In this document: piece after piece, positions 38,041-46,758 of the stretch | Position numbering within the stretch: position 1 is the first letter of the stretch | How the letters are laid out: every line of letters begins with the position of its first letter | Virus record (IMG/VR): IMGVR_UViG_3300027833_001904 | Location: 1-61,550 of that record | Strand: one strand, 5' to 3' | From: a virus | Lineage: Duplodnaviria; Caudoviricetes | DNA: 61,550 nucleotides | Made by a program: the position numbers and the translations under genes | Notes under the pieces: generated by a model | What the model saw: only the letters and a program-made list of their open reading frames with translations | The model's database searches: none | Told to the model about the DNA's origin: nothing

Positions 38041-38204
38041 GACGTGTTGAGGTTGCTCCTCGACTAGTATGGGTTAGCAAGTCCCATATGATGAGAAGTG
38101 GTGTCGCAATCACAACAAAAGGCTCGATGCAAGTATGCCGGCAAGTGTTTGTCGTTAGTGTGGATAGGCGGAGCGAAAGCGTTGAGAACCTCCCACGCAT
38201 ACAC
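38041..38204 (+). ncRNA. Candidate structured ncRNA inside the tRNA array
   Basis: Ends pair (GAGGTT/AACCTC, CTCGAC/GTTGAG, CGTG/CACG); internal hairpins; GNRA loop. Confidence 0.6.
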
Positions 38205-38211
38205 ATTAATT

Positions 38212-38285
38212 GCGGGTGTTGTGTAATGGTAAGACCTTAGGTTTCCAACCTAAAGATAGGAGTTCGATTCTCCTCACCCGCTCCA
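38212..38285 (+). tRNA. tRNA-Gly(UCC)
   Basis: GCGGGTG/CACCCGC; TTAGG-TTTCCAA-CCTAA; U73-CCA. Confidence 0.94.
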
Positions 38286-38307
38286 ACAACAAGTAACATA
38301 TGAAAGG

Positions 38308-38336
38308 TTGACACCTTGTAGTTTTTATGTTATTGT
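38308..38336 (+). promoter_or_regulatory. Sigma70-type promoter with extended -10
   Basis: TTGACA-17nt-(TGn)TATTGT. Confidence 0.6.
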
Positions 38337-38383
38337 AATTGTAGTAATGCTCTTCGGGTAAATAAAAACATAAGGAATTTAAA

Positions 38384-38443
38384 ATGTCAAGATCGATACA
38401 ACAATATATATTAAATTGGTGCCTGCATAGGGGTATGTCTTGA
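38384..38443 (+). CDS. Putative leader peptide MSRSIQQYILNWCLHRGMS
   Basis: TAAGGA RBS; 19 codons; lies between a promoter and the terminator preceding tRNA-Trp. Confidence 0.55.
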   Translation: MSRSIQQYILNWCLHRGMS

Positions 38444-38473
38444 TGTGACTTTTTAACAAAAGTTATTTTTAGC

Positions 38474-38507
38474 AAGCCCTGTAGTAGAAATATTACAGGG
38501 CTTTTTT
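38474..38507 (+). terminator. Intrinsic terminator (candidate attenuator) abutting tRNA-Trp
   Basis: AAGCCCTGTAGTA-GAAA-TATTACAGGGC-TTTTTT. Confidence 0.85.
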
Positions 38508-38582
38508 ATGGGTGTGGTGTTAACGGCAACACGTTGGTCTCCAAAACCAAAGTTTAGGGTTCGAATCCCTACACCTATGCCA
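38508..38582 (+). tRNA. tRNA-Trp(CCA)
   Basis: ATGGGTG/CACCTAT; TTGGT-CTCCAAA-ACCAA; GCCA. Confidence 0.93.
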
Positions 38583-38586
38583 ATTC

Positions 38587-38661
38587 GGGACCGTAGCTTA
38601 GTGGTAGAGCAAGACGCTCATAACGTCCAGGTCGTTGGTTCGATCCCAACCGGTCCCACCA
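38587..38661 (+). tRNA. tRNA with CAU anticodon (Ile2-lysidine or elongator Met; not initiator)
   Basis: GGGACCG/CGGTCCC fully paired; GACG-CTCATAA-CGTC; no GGG/CCC initiator stem. Confidence 0.9.
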
Positions 38662-38721
38662 AATAAACACTTGACAAATGCTTTATAAGTAGTATAATAA
38701 GTGCATGTTAGGAGAATATCA

Positions 38722-39633
38722 GTGTCATTAGAGAAACATCATTGGATGCATGGAATAGATGAATACTTAACACGTATTAATCATGTTCATGCAGAGCAGT
38801 ATAAAAAATTACAAAAGGCTATTCAGTATGGTGAGCCTTGGCCTATTCGTGACATGATGCTTGAGTTAATCAAAGAAGGGTTTAGTAGTGAAAGCGAAGA
38901 ACATACTAATCTAATTCTTTCACACTATCTTACAGAGCTAGAAGTAACACCAGAACAGTTACTACGTCTTGTTAATAGACATGTTGACGATGGATTCTTA
39001 TTAGACACTTATGCATGGTTAGAAAAATATCAAGATCGTGCAGACTTAAACGACCACTTTAGTAGAGGCCAAATTAAAAGTAAACTATGGTTAATGGAAG
39101 AACTACGTAATGTAGTAAGCGGCAATGAACTAGGAACAGTAGTATTATATGGTGGATGGTATGCCACAATTGCACATTTCTTCTTTAAGTTTTTTAGCCC
39201 ATCAAAGTTATACAGTATAGATTTAGATCCTAGCACAGTTGAAATAGCAGATAGTTTTAACAAACGACAAGGCGAGGATAATAATTGGCAATTTAAAGCA
39301 TTTGCATATGATGTAAATGAACTTAGTTATACTGATAAAGGATTTATTATTCCAGCAGATAGTAGTAAGATGGGAACAACGCAACTATCAATAAAGCCAA
39401 CAGTAGTAATAAACACAAGTTGTGAACACATGAATGACGATTGGTTTACAAACTTACCAGATGGACAATTTGTAGTATTACAAACAAATGATTATTTTGC
39501 CAATGAGCAACATACAAATTGTGTTAATAATGTTAACGAAGCATTATCAAAGTATAAATTTAACGAGGTATATTTTAGCGGTGAACTAGATACACAATTA
39601 TATAAGAGATTTATGATAATTGGAAAGAAATAA
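38722..39633 (+). CDS. Class I SAM-dependent methyltransferase-like protein
   Basis: VLYGGWY, SIDLDP, VINTSCEH; AGGAG RBS before GTG 38722; promoter 38671-38698. Confidence 0.7.
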   Translation: MSLEKHHWMHGIDEYLTRINHVHAEQYKKLQKAIQYGEPWPIRDMMLELIKEGFSSESEEHTNLILSHYLTELEVTPEQLLRLVNRHVDDGFLLDTYAWLEKYQDRADLNDHFSRGQIKSKLWLMEELRNVVSGNELGTVVLYGGWYATIAHFFFKFFSPSKLYSIDLDPSTVEIADSFNKRQGEDNNWQFKAFAYDVNELSYTDKGFIIPADSSKMGTTQLSIKPTVVINTSCEHMNDDWFTNLPDGQFVVLQTNDYFANEQHTNCVNNVNEALSKYKFNEVYFSGELDTQLYKRFMIIGKK

Positions 39634-39729
39634 TTATAATAGTTGTTAACTCATATTATACCACTTTAAATAAAATTAACTATTGACAAGAACCAAAAAA
39701 GATAGTATAGTATAAATTAAATAACAGGA

Positions 39730-39948
39730 GTGATGATTATGATTACAAGTAGACAAATTGTTGATATTATCCGTAAGGAAAAAAGCAAAACAAATAACGA
39801 AGTTATGCGATCTGCATATGATAATATCCTTAATAGAATTGAAGTTATCGAAGACGTAGAGTTACATAACCGATATAGCTCATTTGGTTATGGTCGTGAA
39901 GCTGCAGAAAGAATGACAAAGGATGAACTCGAAAAAGTCTTTAAATAA
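39730..39948 (+). CDS. Hypothetical protein
   Basis: After promoter TTGACA(39683)-17nt-TATAGT; AGGAG RBS. Confidence 0.7.
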   Translation: MMIMITSRQIVDIIRKEKSKTNNEVMRSAYDNILNRIEVIEDVELHNRYSSFGYGREAAERMTKDELEKVFK

Positions 39949-40180
39949 TAGTTGGCATCGAGTAATAGTAAGATCCACAGACAAAGATAAGGCAGTAAAA
40001 TGGCTAGACGACATGAACATTGTGGCTAACTGCCAAGACTTTAATAATGATTATTTTGAGGATAGCTTAAACACTATTCAATTCATATTCATCGAACATG
40101 AAGGGTCAGACTTAACATGTGCAACATCTTTTGCTAAACTGTTTGCACTACATAACGAGGTAAGAAGCTATGAGATTTAA
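39923..40180 (+). CDS. Hypothetical protein
   Basis: Overlapping ORF in an early cluster. Confidence 0.6.
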   Translation: MNSKKSLNNSWHRVIVRSTDKDKAVKWLDDMNIVANCQDFNNDYFEDSLNTIQFIFIEHEGSDLTCATSFAKLFALHNEVRSYEI

Positions 40181-40478
40181 AGACTTAGAATTTATAAAAA
40201 CAACTAATCCTAATGGAATACAAGCACTTATGGATTATGGAATGTATGAATTAAGTGTTATAAAAAGCGACATTTCATATGGCGGTAAAATGGGACTATA
40301 TGAAATAGGTGTATTCTTTGGAGGCGAGCTAACAGAGTTGCCAGGAATCACAGCAGATGATGACTATGTTGCAGGATATTTAACAGAGTCAGAAGTTGAA
40401 ACAATCATGCACAAAATGTATTTAATCACTGCAAAAAACCCAGTGAATATACAAGTAAGAAATATGGAGATACAATGA
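40170..40478 (+). CDS. Conserved phage hypothetical protein
   Basis: YELSVI...SYGG..GLYEIGV...VAGYLT pattern. Confidence 0.75.
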   Translation: MRFKDLEFIKTTNPNGIQALMDYGMYELSVIKSDISYGGKMGLYEIGVFFGGELTELPGITADDDYVAGYLTESEVETIMHKMYLITAKNPVNIQVRNMEIQ

Positions 40479-40693
40479 AACAAGAACTTTATCTAGAATA
40501 CCAAGTTGGAAATAAAACAGCTCGAGTAATGAAACGCAATGATCAATTTGAAGTTGATTTCTTTGATAACAATGAACAAATGGGAACTATAAATTATGCA
40601 GATAAAAGTTTGCATTTTGTTGAAGACGCCGCAGAAAATTGGGTAACAGGTGTCATGTCTACTGATACACTAAATAAGTATAGTATTACATAA
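40475..40693 (+). CDS. Hypothetical protein
   Basis: KSLHFVEDAAENWV; GGAGA RBS. Confidence 0.7.
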   Translation: MKQELYLEYQVGNKTARVMKRNDQFEVDFFDNNEQMGTINYADKSLHFVEDAAENWVTGVMSTDTLNKYSIT

Positions 40694-40755
40694 TATAACA
40701 ATATTGCACACTTATTTAGAGAGTGTAATATAAGGTTCGATATAAGGAGAACTAG

Positions 40756-41511
40756 ATGCAAGACATTATCAAAGATATTAAAAAAACGTCAGAAATAATT
40801 AGACGTTGTCAAAGAAATTGGGATCATTCAAAATCAATCCCACGTGAACATATTGAACTATTGGCAGAAGTAGCCAAGAACTCACCCGCTAAACAAGACG
40901 AAGCATACTTTGATGTGTATGCAATTACTGATAGAGATTTAATTGAGAAGCTATATGAAAATAGTAATGGGTTTACATCTGGTGCACTTTCAGAAGGCAA
41001 ACTAGATAACTTTAAAGTTTATCCAAATTCACAAACAAGAGCTAATCTTGTATTTTGTTGGGTATCAAGACAACCAACTACAATGAGAAATTATTACCAA
41101 GATGACCACGATCACGATGCATTTGATCCAAGTGACAAAGGTATTGATAATGATAAGACTCCAGGCACACCTAAAGATGCTGGCGAGTGGAGTAGAAACA
41201 TTGAAAACACTTACACATCAATTGGTATCTCAACAGCATGTGTGGCACAAGCAGCCGCACGTTTAGGATACGTAACTGGATATAATAAGAACACTGGTGA
41301 GTTTGATGAAATCATTGAATTGAAAACAAACGAAAGTGTATGGCTACGTTATACATTAAGTATTGGATTTCCAAATGAAGATATTCCACACCATGTAGAT
41401 GACGAAGGCAGAGAGTTTGGATCATTTTCATTAACTACAGAACGTGATAACCAAGTAGTAGAAGTTACACTTGATAAAGACGGAAATATCAATAAAAATA
41501 AAATAGCGTAA
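40756..41511 (+). CDS. Nitroreductase-family protein
   Basis: RRCQRNWD, NSPAKQ, SIGISTACVAQAAARLGYVTG, LSIGFP. Confidence 0.75.
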   Translation: MQDIIKDIKKTSEIIRRCQRNWDHSKSIPREHIELLAEVAKNSPAKQDEAYFDVYAITDRDLIEKLYENSNGFTSGALSEGKLDNFKVYPNSQTRANLVFCWVSRQPTTMRNYYQDDHDHDAFDPSDKGIDNDKTPGTPKDAGEWSRNIENTYTSIGISTACVAQAAARLGYVTGYNKNTGEFDEIIELKTNESVWLRYTLSIGFPNEDIPHHVDDEGREFGSFSLTTERDNQVVEVTLDKDGNINKNKIA

Positions 41512-41517
41512 TACGTT

Positions 41518-41603
41518 GCTCGCATGGTGGAATTGGTATACACAACAGACTTAAAATCTGTCGCCTAACAGGCTTTCCGGTTCGAGTCCGGATGCGAGCA
41601 CCA
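41518..41603 (+). tRNA. tRNA-Leu(UAA)
   Basis: GCTCGCA/TGCGAGC; ACAGA-CTTAAAA-TCTGT; long variable arm; ACCA. Confidence 0.96.
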
Positions 41604-41608
41604 AGAAT

Positions 41609-41639
41609 AAAAAGGGCAGTGTAAAAACTGCCCTTTTTT
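41609..41639. terminator. Bidirectional terminator
   Basis: AAAAAGGGCAGT-GTAAAA-ACTGCCCTTTTTT between convergent genes. Confidence 0.88.
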
Positions 41640-41644
41640 GTATC

Positions 41645-42157
41645 TTAAACTAATTGTAATGCTAGTTCAGTTGTTTCATCTACTCGACGAGTCCAACCTC
41701 TTCCAAACGTTTCAAAGGTTTTTAATCTTTCATAATAACCTTGTCTTGCTTCTTGGAAGTTTTTAATTGCATTATCTAAACCAACATCTTTTACATATGC
41801 ATCAACACACTTTAATGTGTTAGGGCCTATGCCTCCATCTACTGTAGTGCCGACCATTTTTTGCAAATACTTTGCTGAACGGCCTGTTCCTGCATTAACA
41901 CCAAAATCAAATACACACAAATCTAACCCTTTAGGTAAATCATCACCTTTCAGTCTGTCCCAATAATTTTTCTTATATATTGGAGCAACATCTGATACTG
42001 TTAAATCACGCATGCTTTTTGTTCCACCCCATTCTTCGTAAACTCGCTTAGTAACTCCTAAGTTAGTTTCGCCTCCTGGGTCTTTAGGATGGTTTACATA
42101 ACCTCCTTCGTGGTGTAATATAGTTTCTAGACATTTGTCATAGTTTATATGTGCCAA
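41645..42157 (-). CDS. Endolysin, glycoside hydrolase family 108 with PG-binding domain
   Basis: HEGGYVNHPKDPGGETNLGVT; FGRGWTRR. Confidence 0.93.
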   Translation of the reverse strand: MAHINYDKCLETILHHEGGYVNHPKDPGGETNLGVTKRVYEEWGGTKSMRDLTVSDVAPIYKKNYWDRLKGDDLPKGLDLCVFDFGVNAGTGRSAKYLQKMVGTTVDGGIGPNTLKCVDAYVKDVGLDNAIKNFQEARQGYYERLKTFETFGRGWTRRVDETTELALQLV

Positions 42158-42160
42158 TTT

Positions 42161-42340
42161 TTAATCCTCTTCTCTTTTCCACATTGTCCACACACCCCAT
42201 ACGATTGCCACCCAAGCGGCAATTTTAGCTAATGGTGTAAACATTAGAAATACAACACCTGCAGCGACTAGCATCATGCCATCCCATGTAGTGCGTTCTT
42301 TGAAAAGTCCTGTGACTTTATTTTTTAAATAGTTAAACAT
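42161..42340 (-). CDS. Small two-TM protein, holin candidate (not in ORF track)
   Basis: MFNYLKNKVTGLFKERTTWDGMMLVAAGVVFLMFTPLAKIAAWVAIVWGVWTMWKREED; AGGAG RBS; directly upstream of endolysin. Confidence 0.65.
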   Translation of the reverse strand: MFNYLKNKVTGLFKERTTWDGMMLVAAGVVFLMFTPLAKIAAWVAIVWGVWTMWKREED

Positions 42341-42439
42341 ATTGTTCTCCTTCTTATATACAACAGGTCACATTTCGGCCTGTGTAACGTATTTATGATA
42401 AAAAACACACTAAATATACATAATACAAGGAGTAAACAC

Positions 42440-42817
42440 ATGGAACTAGTGCATAAGCATATTATATTAAGAATTGAGGCTAAATCACCGCCTGAAGAAC
42501 AAGAACTAAAAGAGTGGATGGTTGAATTAGTAGATAAAATAGGAATGAAAGTATTAGCAGGTCCTATATCAGCAAACATTGATTATATGCCCGGTAACAA
42601 TGGACCAACTTGTGTTGTTATTATTGAAACATCACACTTTGCATGTCATGTATGGAATGATGTTGATCCAGCATTAATACAACTAGATGTTTATACTTGT
42701 GGTCCGTTTGATCCACATAAAGTTATAGAACATATTCAAGTTTGGGATCCAGTCAAAGTAGAATACAAATACTTAGACAGAGAATTTGGATTAAATGAAA
42801 TAAGTATTGACAAATAG
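42440..42817 (+). CDS. speD: S-adenosylmethionine decarboxylase proenzyme-like protein
   Basis: HKHIIL, VVIIETSHFACHVW, LDVYTCG. Confidence 0.85.
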   Translation: MELVHKHIILRIEAKSPPEEQELKEWMVELVDKIGMKVLAGPISANIDYMPGNNGPTCVVIIETSHFACHVWNDVDPALIQLDVYTCGPFDPHKVIEHIQVWDPVKVEYKYLDREFGLNEISIDK

Positions 42818-42855
42818 TCAAATTTACGCTATACTGTAATAACAGCAAGTTTACT

Positions 42856-43311
42856 ATGGAGCGTAAAAATATGACGATGCAATTACTTGGTCCACATATG
42901 ACCACAACTCAATATAGTCGTAAGAAAAGCAAAAAGGCTATGAGTCCAGCAAAACTAGAAAACCTAAAAGTGCAATGGCGACAACACAACAAAGATTGTC
43001 GTAGGCGACATATCCACTCGGCACAGTTTGCAGAGTTTGATGATTATGTTGCATATGTAAGTGGTACATACAAAGCCCCAAAAAGCACAGCAAAGCCTAA
43101 AGCATACGAACCTCCTAAATTACTACGTGAAACAAAGCATTACCCTAGTCTTAGCAATAATGTTAGTGGCAATGGCACACGTAAAGAGCCAATGCAATAC
43201 ACAGGCGAACGCAAATTACTAGGTATTGCAACAATGCACAAAAGTAATATGGTTCCTATATTTGAAGATCAGAAAGAGCAAGCTGTTGAAATTGCTCAAA
43301 TGAGGCGATAA
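42856..43311 (+). CDS. Conserved phage hypothetical protein
   Basis: YTG...GIATMHKSNMVPIF...AQMRR; promoter 42807-42835. Confidence 0.75.
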   Translation: MERKNMTMQLLGPHMTTTQYSRKKSKKAMSPAKLENLKVQWRQHNKDCRRRHIHSAQFAEFDDYVAYVSGTYKAPKSTAKPKAYEPPKLLRETKHYPSLSNNVSGNGTRKEPMQYTGERKLLGIATMHKSNMVPIFEDQKEQAVEIAQMRR

Positions 43312-43316
43312 AAATT

Positions 43317-43481
43317 ATGAAGAAATTTGGATTATTTAGATATAAAGTAATGCAATGGCATATGGATGCAAATGAAGAACGTAGACACTTTGGTCAACGT
43401 GCTATATCATTTGTTGAATACGTAAGACGCTATAAGTGGTGGCTACGTGATAAGTTTAGAAAGGATCAGAATGGAAAATGA
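43317..43481 (+). CDS. Small hypothetical protein (54 aa, not in ORF track)
   Basis: MKKFGLFRYKVMQW...YKWWLR read manually; fills the gap. Confidence 0.55.
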   Translation: MKKFGLFRYKVMQWHMDANEERRHFGQRAISFVEYVRRYKWWLRDKFRKDQNGK

Positions 43482-43674
43482 AATAACCGAACAAGAGGTA
43501 TTAGCACAAGCAATAAAAGAATTCCAAGAAAAAGGTGGAAAGATTACTGTATGCGAGCCAGGTGCTAGAACTGAAGATATTACTGTAGGACAGTGGGGAA
43601 AACGTAAGAAAAACAAGAAACGTGGAACAATAAAAACTGATAAATTTGGCTTTGATGATGGAATAAAAGGTTGA
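43471..43674 (+). CDS. Small hypothetical protein
   Basis: AIKEFQEKGGKITVC; AAGGA RBS. Confidence 0.7.
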   Translation: MENEITEQEVLAQAIKEFQEKGGKITVCEPGARTEDITVGQWGKRKKNKKRGTIKTDKFGFDDGIKG

Positions 43675-43699
43675 CAACCAAGACATCTTGTTGTATAAT
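43671..43699 (+). promoter_or_regulatory. Repeated early promoter (copy 3)
   Basis: TTGACA-ACCAAGACATCTTGTTG-TATAAT. Confidence 0.85.
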
Positions 43700-43726
43700 A
43701 GTAGTATGTTAAATGAAAGAGAAGAT

Positions 43727-44320
43727 ATGAAAAACTACAAGATTATACTTACTGACTGTGATGGCGTTCTACTTGATTGGGAAGGCGCATTCCATAATTG
43801 GATGAGTGAACATGGATATATAACAGTTACTAGCGGTATGTATGATATTGGAGAACAATATGGATTGCCAAAAGTTGAAGCTAAAAAACTTATTAAAGTG
43901 TTTAATGAAAGTGCTTGGATGGGTTACTTAAAAGCATTCCGTGATGCACGTAGTGGTGTTGCTAAACTTTATGAGAATGGATATCGATTTAAATGTATTA
44001 CTAGTTTAAGTTTAGATCAAAAAGCAAAACGTTTACGTGCATATAACTTAGATAATGTATTTGGTAAAGGAACATTTAAAGAACTAGTTTGTTTAGATAC
44101 TGGCGCTGATAAAGATGAAGCACTTGCTGAATACAAAGATAGCGGACTTTGGTGGATTGAAGATAAACTTGAGAACGCAGAGTGTGGATTAAAATTTGGA
44201 TTGAAACCAATTTTAATTGGACACGAACACACAGAAGGTGTTGACATTAAAGCGGGTGTTACTCGTTTAATGGATTGGACTGCAATTACTAATCACATTC
44301 TAGATAACGATAATATTTAA
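43727..44320 (+). CDS. HAD-family nucleotidase-like phosphatase
   Basis: LTDCDGVLLDW, CITS, WIEDK. Confidence 0.8.
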   Translation: MKNYKIILTDCDGVLLDWEGAFHNWMSEHGYITVTSGMYDIGEQYGLPKVEAKKLIKVFNESAWMGYLKAFRDARSGVAKLYENGYRFKCITSLSLDQKAKRLRAYNLDNVFGKGTFKELVCLDTGADKDEALAEYKDSGLWWIEDKLENAECGLKFGLKPILIGHEHTEGVDIKAGVTRLMDWTAITNHILDNDNI

Positions 44321-44363
44321 CAGCAAGCAAGTTAGGACTTTTTATTTTTAACTCTGTTAAATA

Positions 44364-45110
44364 TTATACTATATTATCGTCACCGTATATGTCTAGAACT
44401 GCACTTACCGCCGGATGTCTTTCAACTTCATTCTTAGTAAATTTGACCACGTCGATCATTTTACTATTGCGGGTTTGCAACAATTCTACAAAATCTTTAA
44501 GACCGTTGTTTTCAAATCCACGGTCATGTTGGTTTAAGTCTCCTGTAACTACTATTTTACTATTGTTACCGATGCGGGTTAATAACATTTTCATTTGACT
44601 TGGAGTAGCGTTTTGCATTTCGTCTGCAACGATCCAAGCGTTTTTAAATGTTCTACCACGCATGTAGGCTAGTGGTGCGATTTCAATAACATTTTCTTCT
44701 ATCATGTTTTCGATTTCTTTTGGACTCCAGTATTCTTCCATTACGTCGAATATAGGTCTAGTCCATGGCGCCATTTTTTCTACTAACGTTCCAGGTAGGA
44801 AACCATGCTGTTCATCAACTGATACAGCTGGTCGTGTAATAACAATTTTGTCGCATTGTTTATTGTTCATTGCGTCGATGGCTGCTAATACACCAAGCAT
44901 TGTTTTACCGGTTCCAGCAGGACCCATTGCAAAGACGATTGCCTTGTTGGCATCATCTAGCATTTCAAGATAATCTTCTTGAAGTAGGTTTTTTGGTATG
45001 ATTTGAACATGCTTTTGTCTACGTCTGTAGGCACTTACTGATATAACATCATCGGAATAGTTTGAACTTTGATGTTGTTGTTTTTTTGTCTTTCGAGCTC
45101 TTTTTGCCAT
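44364..45110 (-). CDS. phoH: PhoH-family ATPase
   Basis: GPAGTGKT, RPAV, GFLPG, PLAYMRGRTF, DEMQN, TGD. Confidence 0.95.
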   Translation of the reverse strand: MAKRARKTKKQQHQSSNYSDDVISVSAYRRRQKHVQIIPKNLLQEDYLEMLDDANKAIVFAMGPAGTGKTMLGVLAAIDAMNNKQCDKIVITRPAVSVDEQHGFLPGTLVEKMAPWTRPIFDVMEEYWSPKEIENMIEENVIEIAPLAYMRGRTFKNAWIVADEMQNATPSQMKMLLTRIGNNSKIVVTGDLNQHDRGFENNGLKDFVELLQTRNSKMIDVVKFTKNEVERHPAVSAVLDIYGDDNIV

Positions 45111-45273
45111 TTTAACTCCTATTATAAGGTTTTTTACATTGGCCTAACTTGCCTGCTCATAAGTATTTAACAAAGAAACAAAACCATTAAATACGTGTTT
45201 TACAAAAATAATTACATAACTTGACCTGCAGAACAAAGATAGATAAATAACTATAGTTAAGGAATAAAATATT

Positions 45274-45801
45274 ATGGATCAAAATTACATTATAGATACA
45301 CTTAAAAACAACATTAATCGTCAAAGTGCGTTAGATACACTTATTGACTTTGAACGTGTGCTAGACAATCAGAACATTTATACCTATGCAAATTGGATAG
45401 AAGGTGAAGTTGTTGAAGGACCACACATTGACAAGTATTGGGTTACAGTTACATTAATGTATCCATATGAGAAAATGCCAGACCCAGAAGCATCAAAGCG
45501 TTTACTAAAACATGATTGTAAGGTGTTCTATGCAAAAGATACACTAATTTCAGCGGCTAAATTAAAAGACCCAAGTGATAGTGAACCAAGAGATGGAATG
45601 GACGGTAAACGCCCAGGACAACATAGAGCTAAAAAAGTTGAAAAACCTATTTGGTTAGTAACACTAGAAGTTCCACGTAAGTTTATGCAAGAACTTGCAA
45701 CAGCTGATTTAAGCATTGCTAACGATACATTAGATGGCGAAGCAGTAAATACAGCTATGGATGACGGCGCAGGAGATAATGATGCAACAGCACAAATCTA
45801 A
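45274..45801 (+). CDS. Conserved phage hypothetical protein (late)
   Basis: After GATAAATA; AAGGA RBS. Confidence 0.75.
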   Translation: MDQNYIIDTLKNNINRQSALDTLIDFERVLDNQNIYTYANWIEGEVVEGPHIDKYWVTVTLMYPYEKMPDPEASKRLLKHDCKVFYAKDTLISAAKLKDPSDSEPRDGMDGKRPGQHRAKKVEKPIWLVTLEVPRKFMQELATADLSIANDTLDGEAVNTAMDDGAGDNDATAQI

Positions 45802-46276
45802 CATTAGCGAAAATATTAAGCATAACGACTTAGCAGGATTAATTAATGCTACGTTTAGTATTGATCAATATAAGTCAAAATTAGGTAATGATGAGAACGT
45901 AATTGTAATTGCGTTTATTGTTATGGATATTGAACCAGCACAAGAACTAAGTCAGTTTTTAGAAACTGGACATGATGTAATCGATATTGATGTTAGCACA
46001 GGTCCAAATGAAGATGGACATTATTCAGTTTACGTTGAAATTGAAAGAGATAGTCAAGCGTTTAAAAAAGTAAATGAAATAATTGCTGATGTTAGACGTG
46101 CAGATACAGAATTAACAAAACTACAGTTTACAAGCTACGAAGATAAAAGTCCAAGAGATTGGAACGAAGATAACTTTATAAAAAATGTTATTACCGATAG
46201 TTACACATATGTAATGAAACATAATCCAGAAGCCAAGGCAATATCAGAAAGAATTAACTTTCTTAAGAAGTATTAA
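45779..46276 (+). CDS. Hypothetical protein
   Basis: SIDQYKSKLG pattern; AGGAG RBS before ATG 45779. Confidence 0.7.
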   Translation: MMQQHKSNISENIKHNDLAGLINATFSIDQYKSKLGNDENVIVIAFIVMDIEPAQELSQFLETGHDVIDIDVSTGPNEDGHYSVYVEIERDSQAFKKVNEIIADVRRADTELTKLQFTSYEDKSPRDWNEDNFIKNVITDSYTYVMKHNPEAKAISERINFLKKY

Positions 46277-46290
46277 TTCAGGTAAAAAAG

Positions 46291-46758
46291 ATGTTTACAA
46301 AACTCAAAGTTTATATTATAATGTTTACAGCGTTTGCAATGTTTGCCGGTGTGGCTTATTGGTATTATACAGATACACAAAAAGCACTAGCAGTTGCAGC
46401 AGGTAACCAAGCTAGACTTGAAACAAGTTTAAGCATACAAAAAGAAACAACAGCAAGTTTGCAAGCAGACATAAAATTAATGACAAAAACAATCAAAGAA
46501 CTAAACCAAGAATTTGCGTTGAGTAGATTAAATGTTAAAAGAATAGAACAATTATTTACACAAGACGAAGATGGAACTTCACGTGATTTTGGCGAACTAA
46601 CAATACAACAGCCAGATTATGTCCAAGATAAAATTCAAAAAGGAAACGATGAAGTTTTTAGATGTATTGAATTACTAAGTGGCCAGGAGGCCAAGCAAGG
46701 AGAAAAAGAGAATGCAGAATTTATTGATTGCCTCACTAGCAATACTGACACTAAGTAG
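46291..46758 (+). CDS. Putative inner-membrane spanin (Rz-like)
   Basis: N-terminal TM helix, coiled coil, C-terminal Cys; overlaps a lipoprotein gene. Confidence 0.65.
   Translation: MFTKLKVYIIMFTAFAMFAGVAYWYYTDTQKALAVAAGNQARLETSLSIQKETTASLQADIKLMTKTIKELNQEFALSRLNVKRIEQLFTQDEDGTSRDFGELTIQQPDYVQDKIQKGNDEVFRCIELLSGQEAKQGEKENAEFIDCLTSNTDTK

Noticed and set aside
38090-38130. RNase P-like wording (GATGAGAAG...ACAACAAAAGGCT)
   Set aside because: No GAGGAAAGUCC/P4 helix found and the element is too short
37904-38475. Minus-strand ORFs of 100 and 89 aa
   Set aside because: Antisense to tRNA genes; typical shadow ORFs
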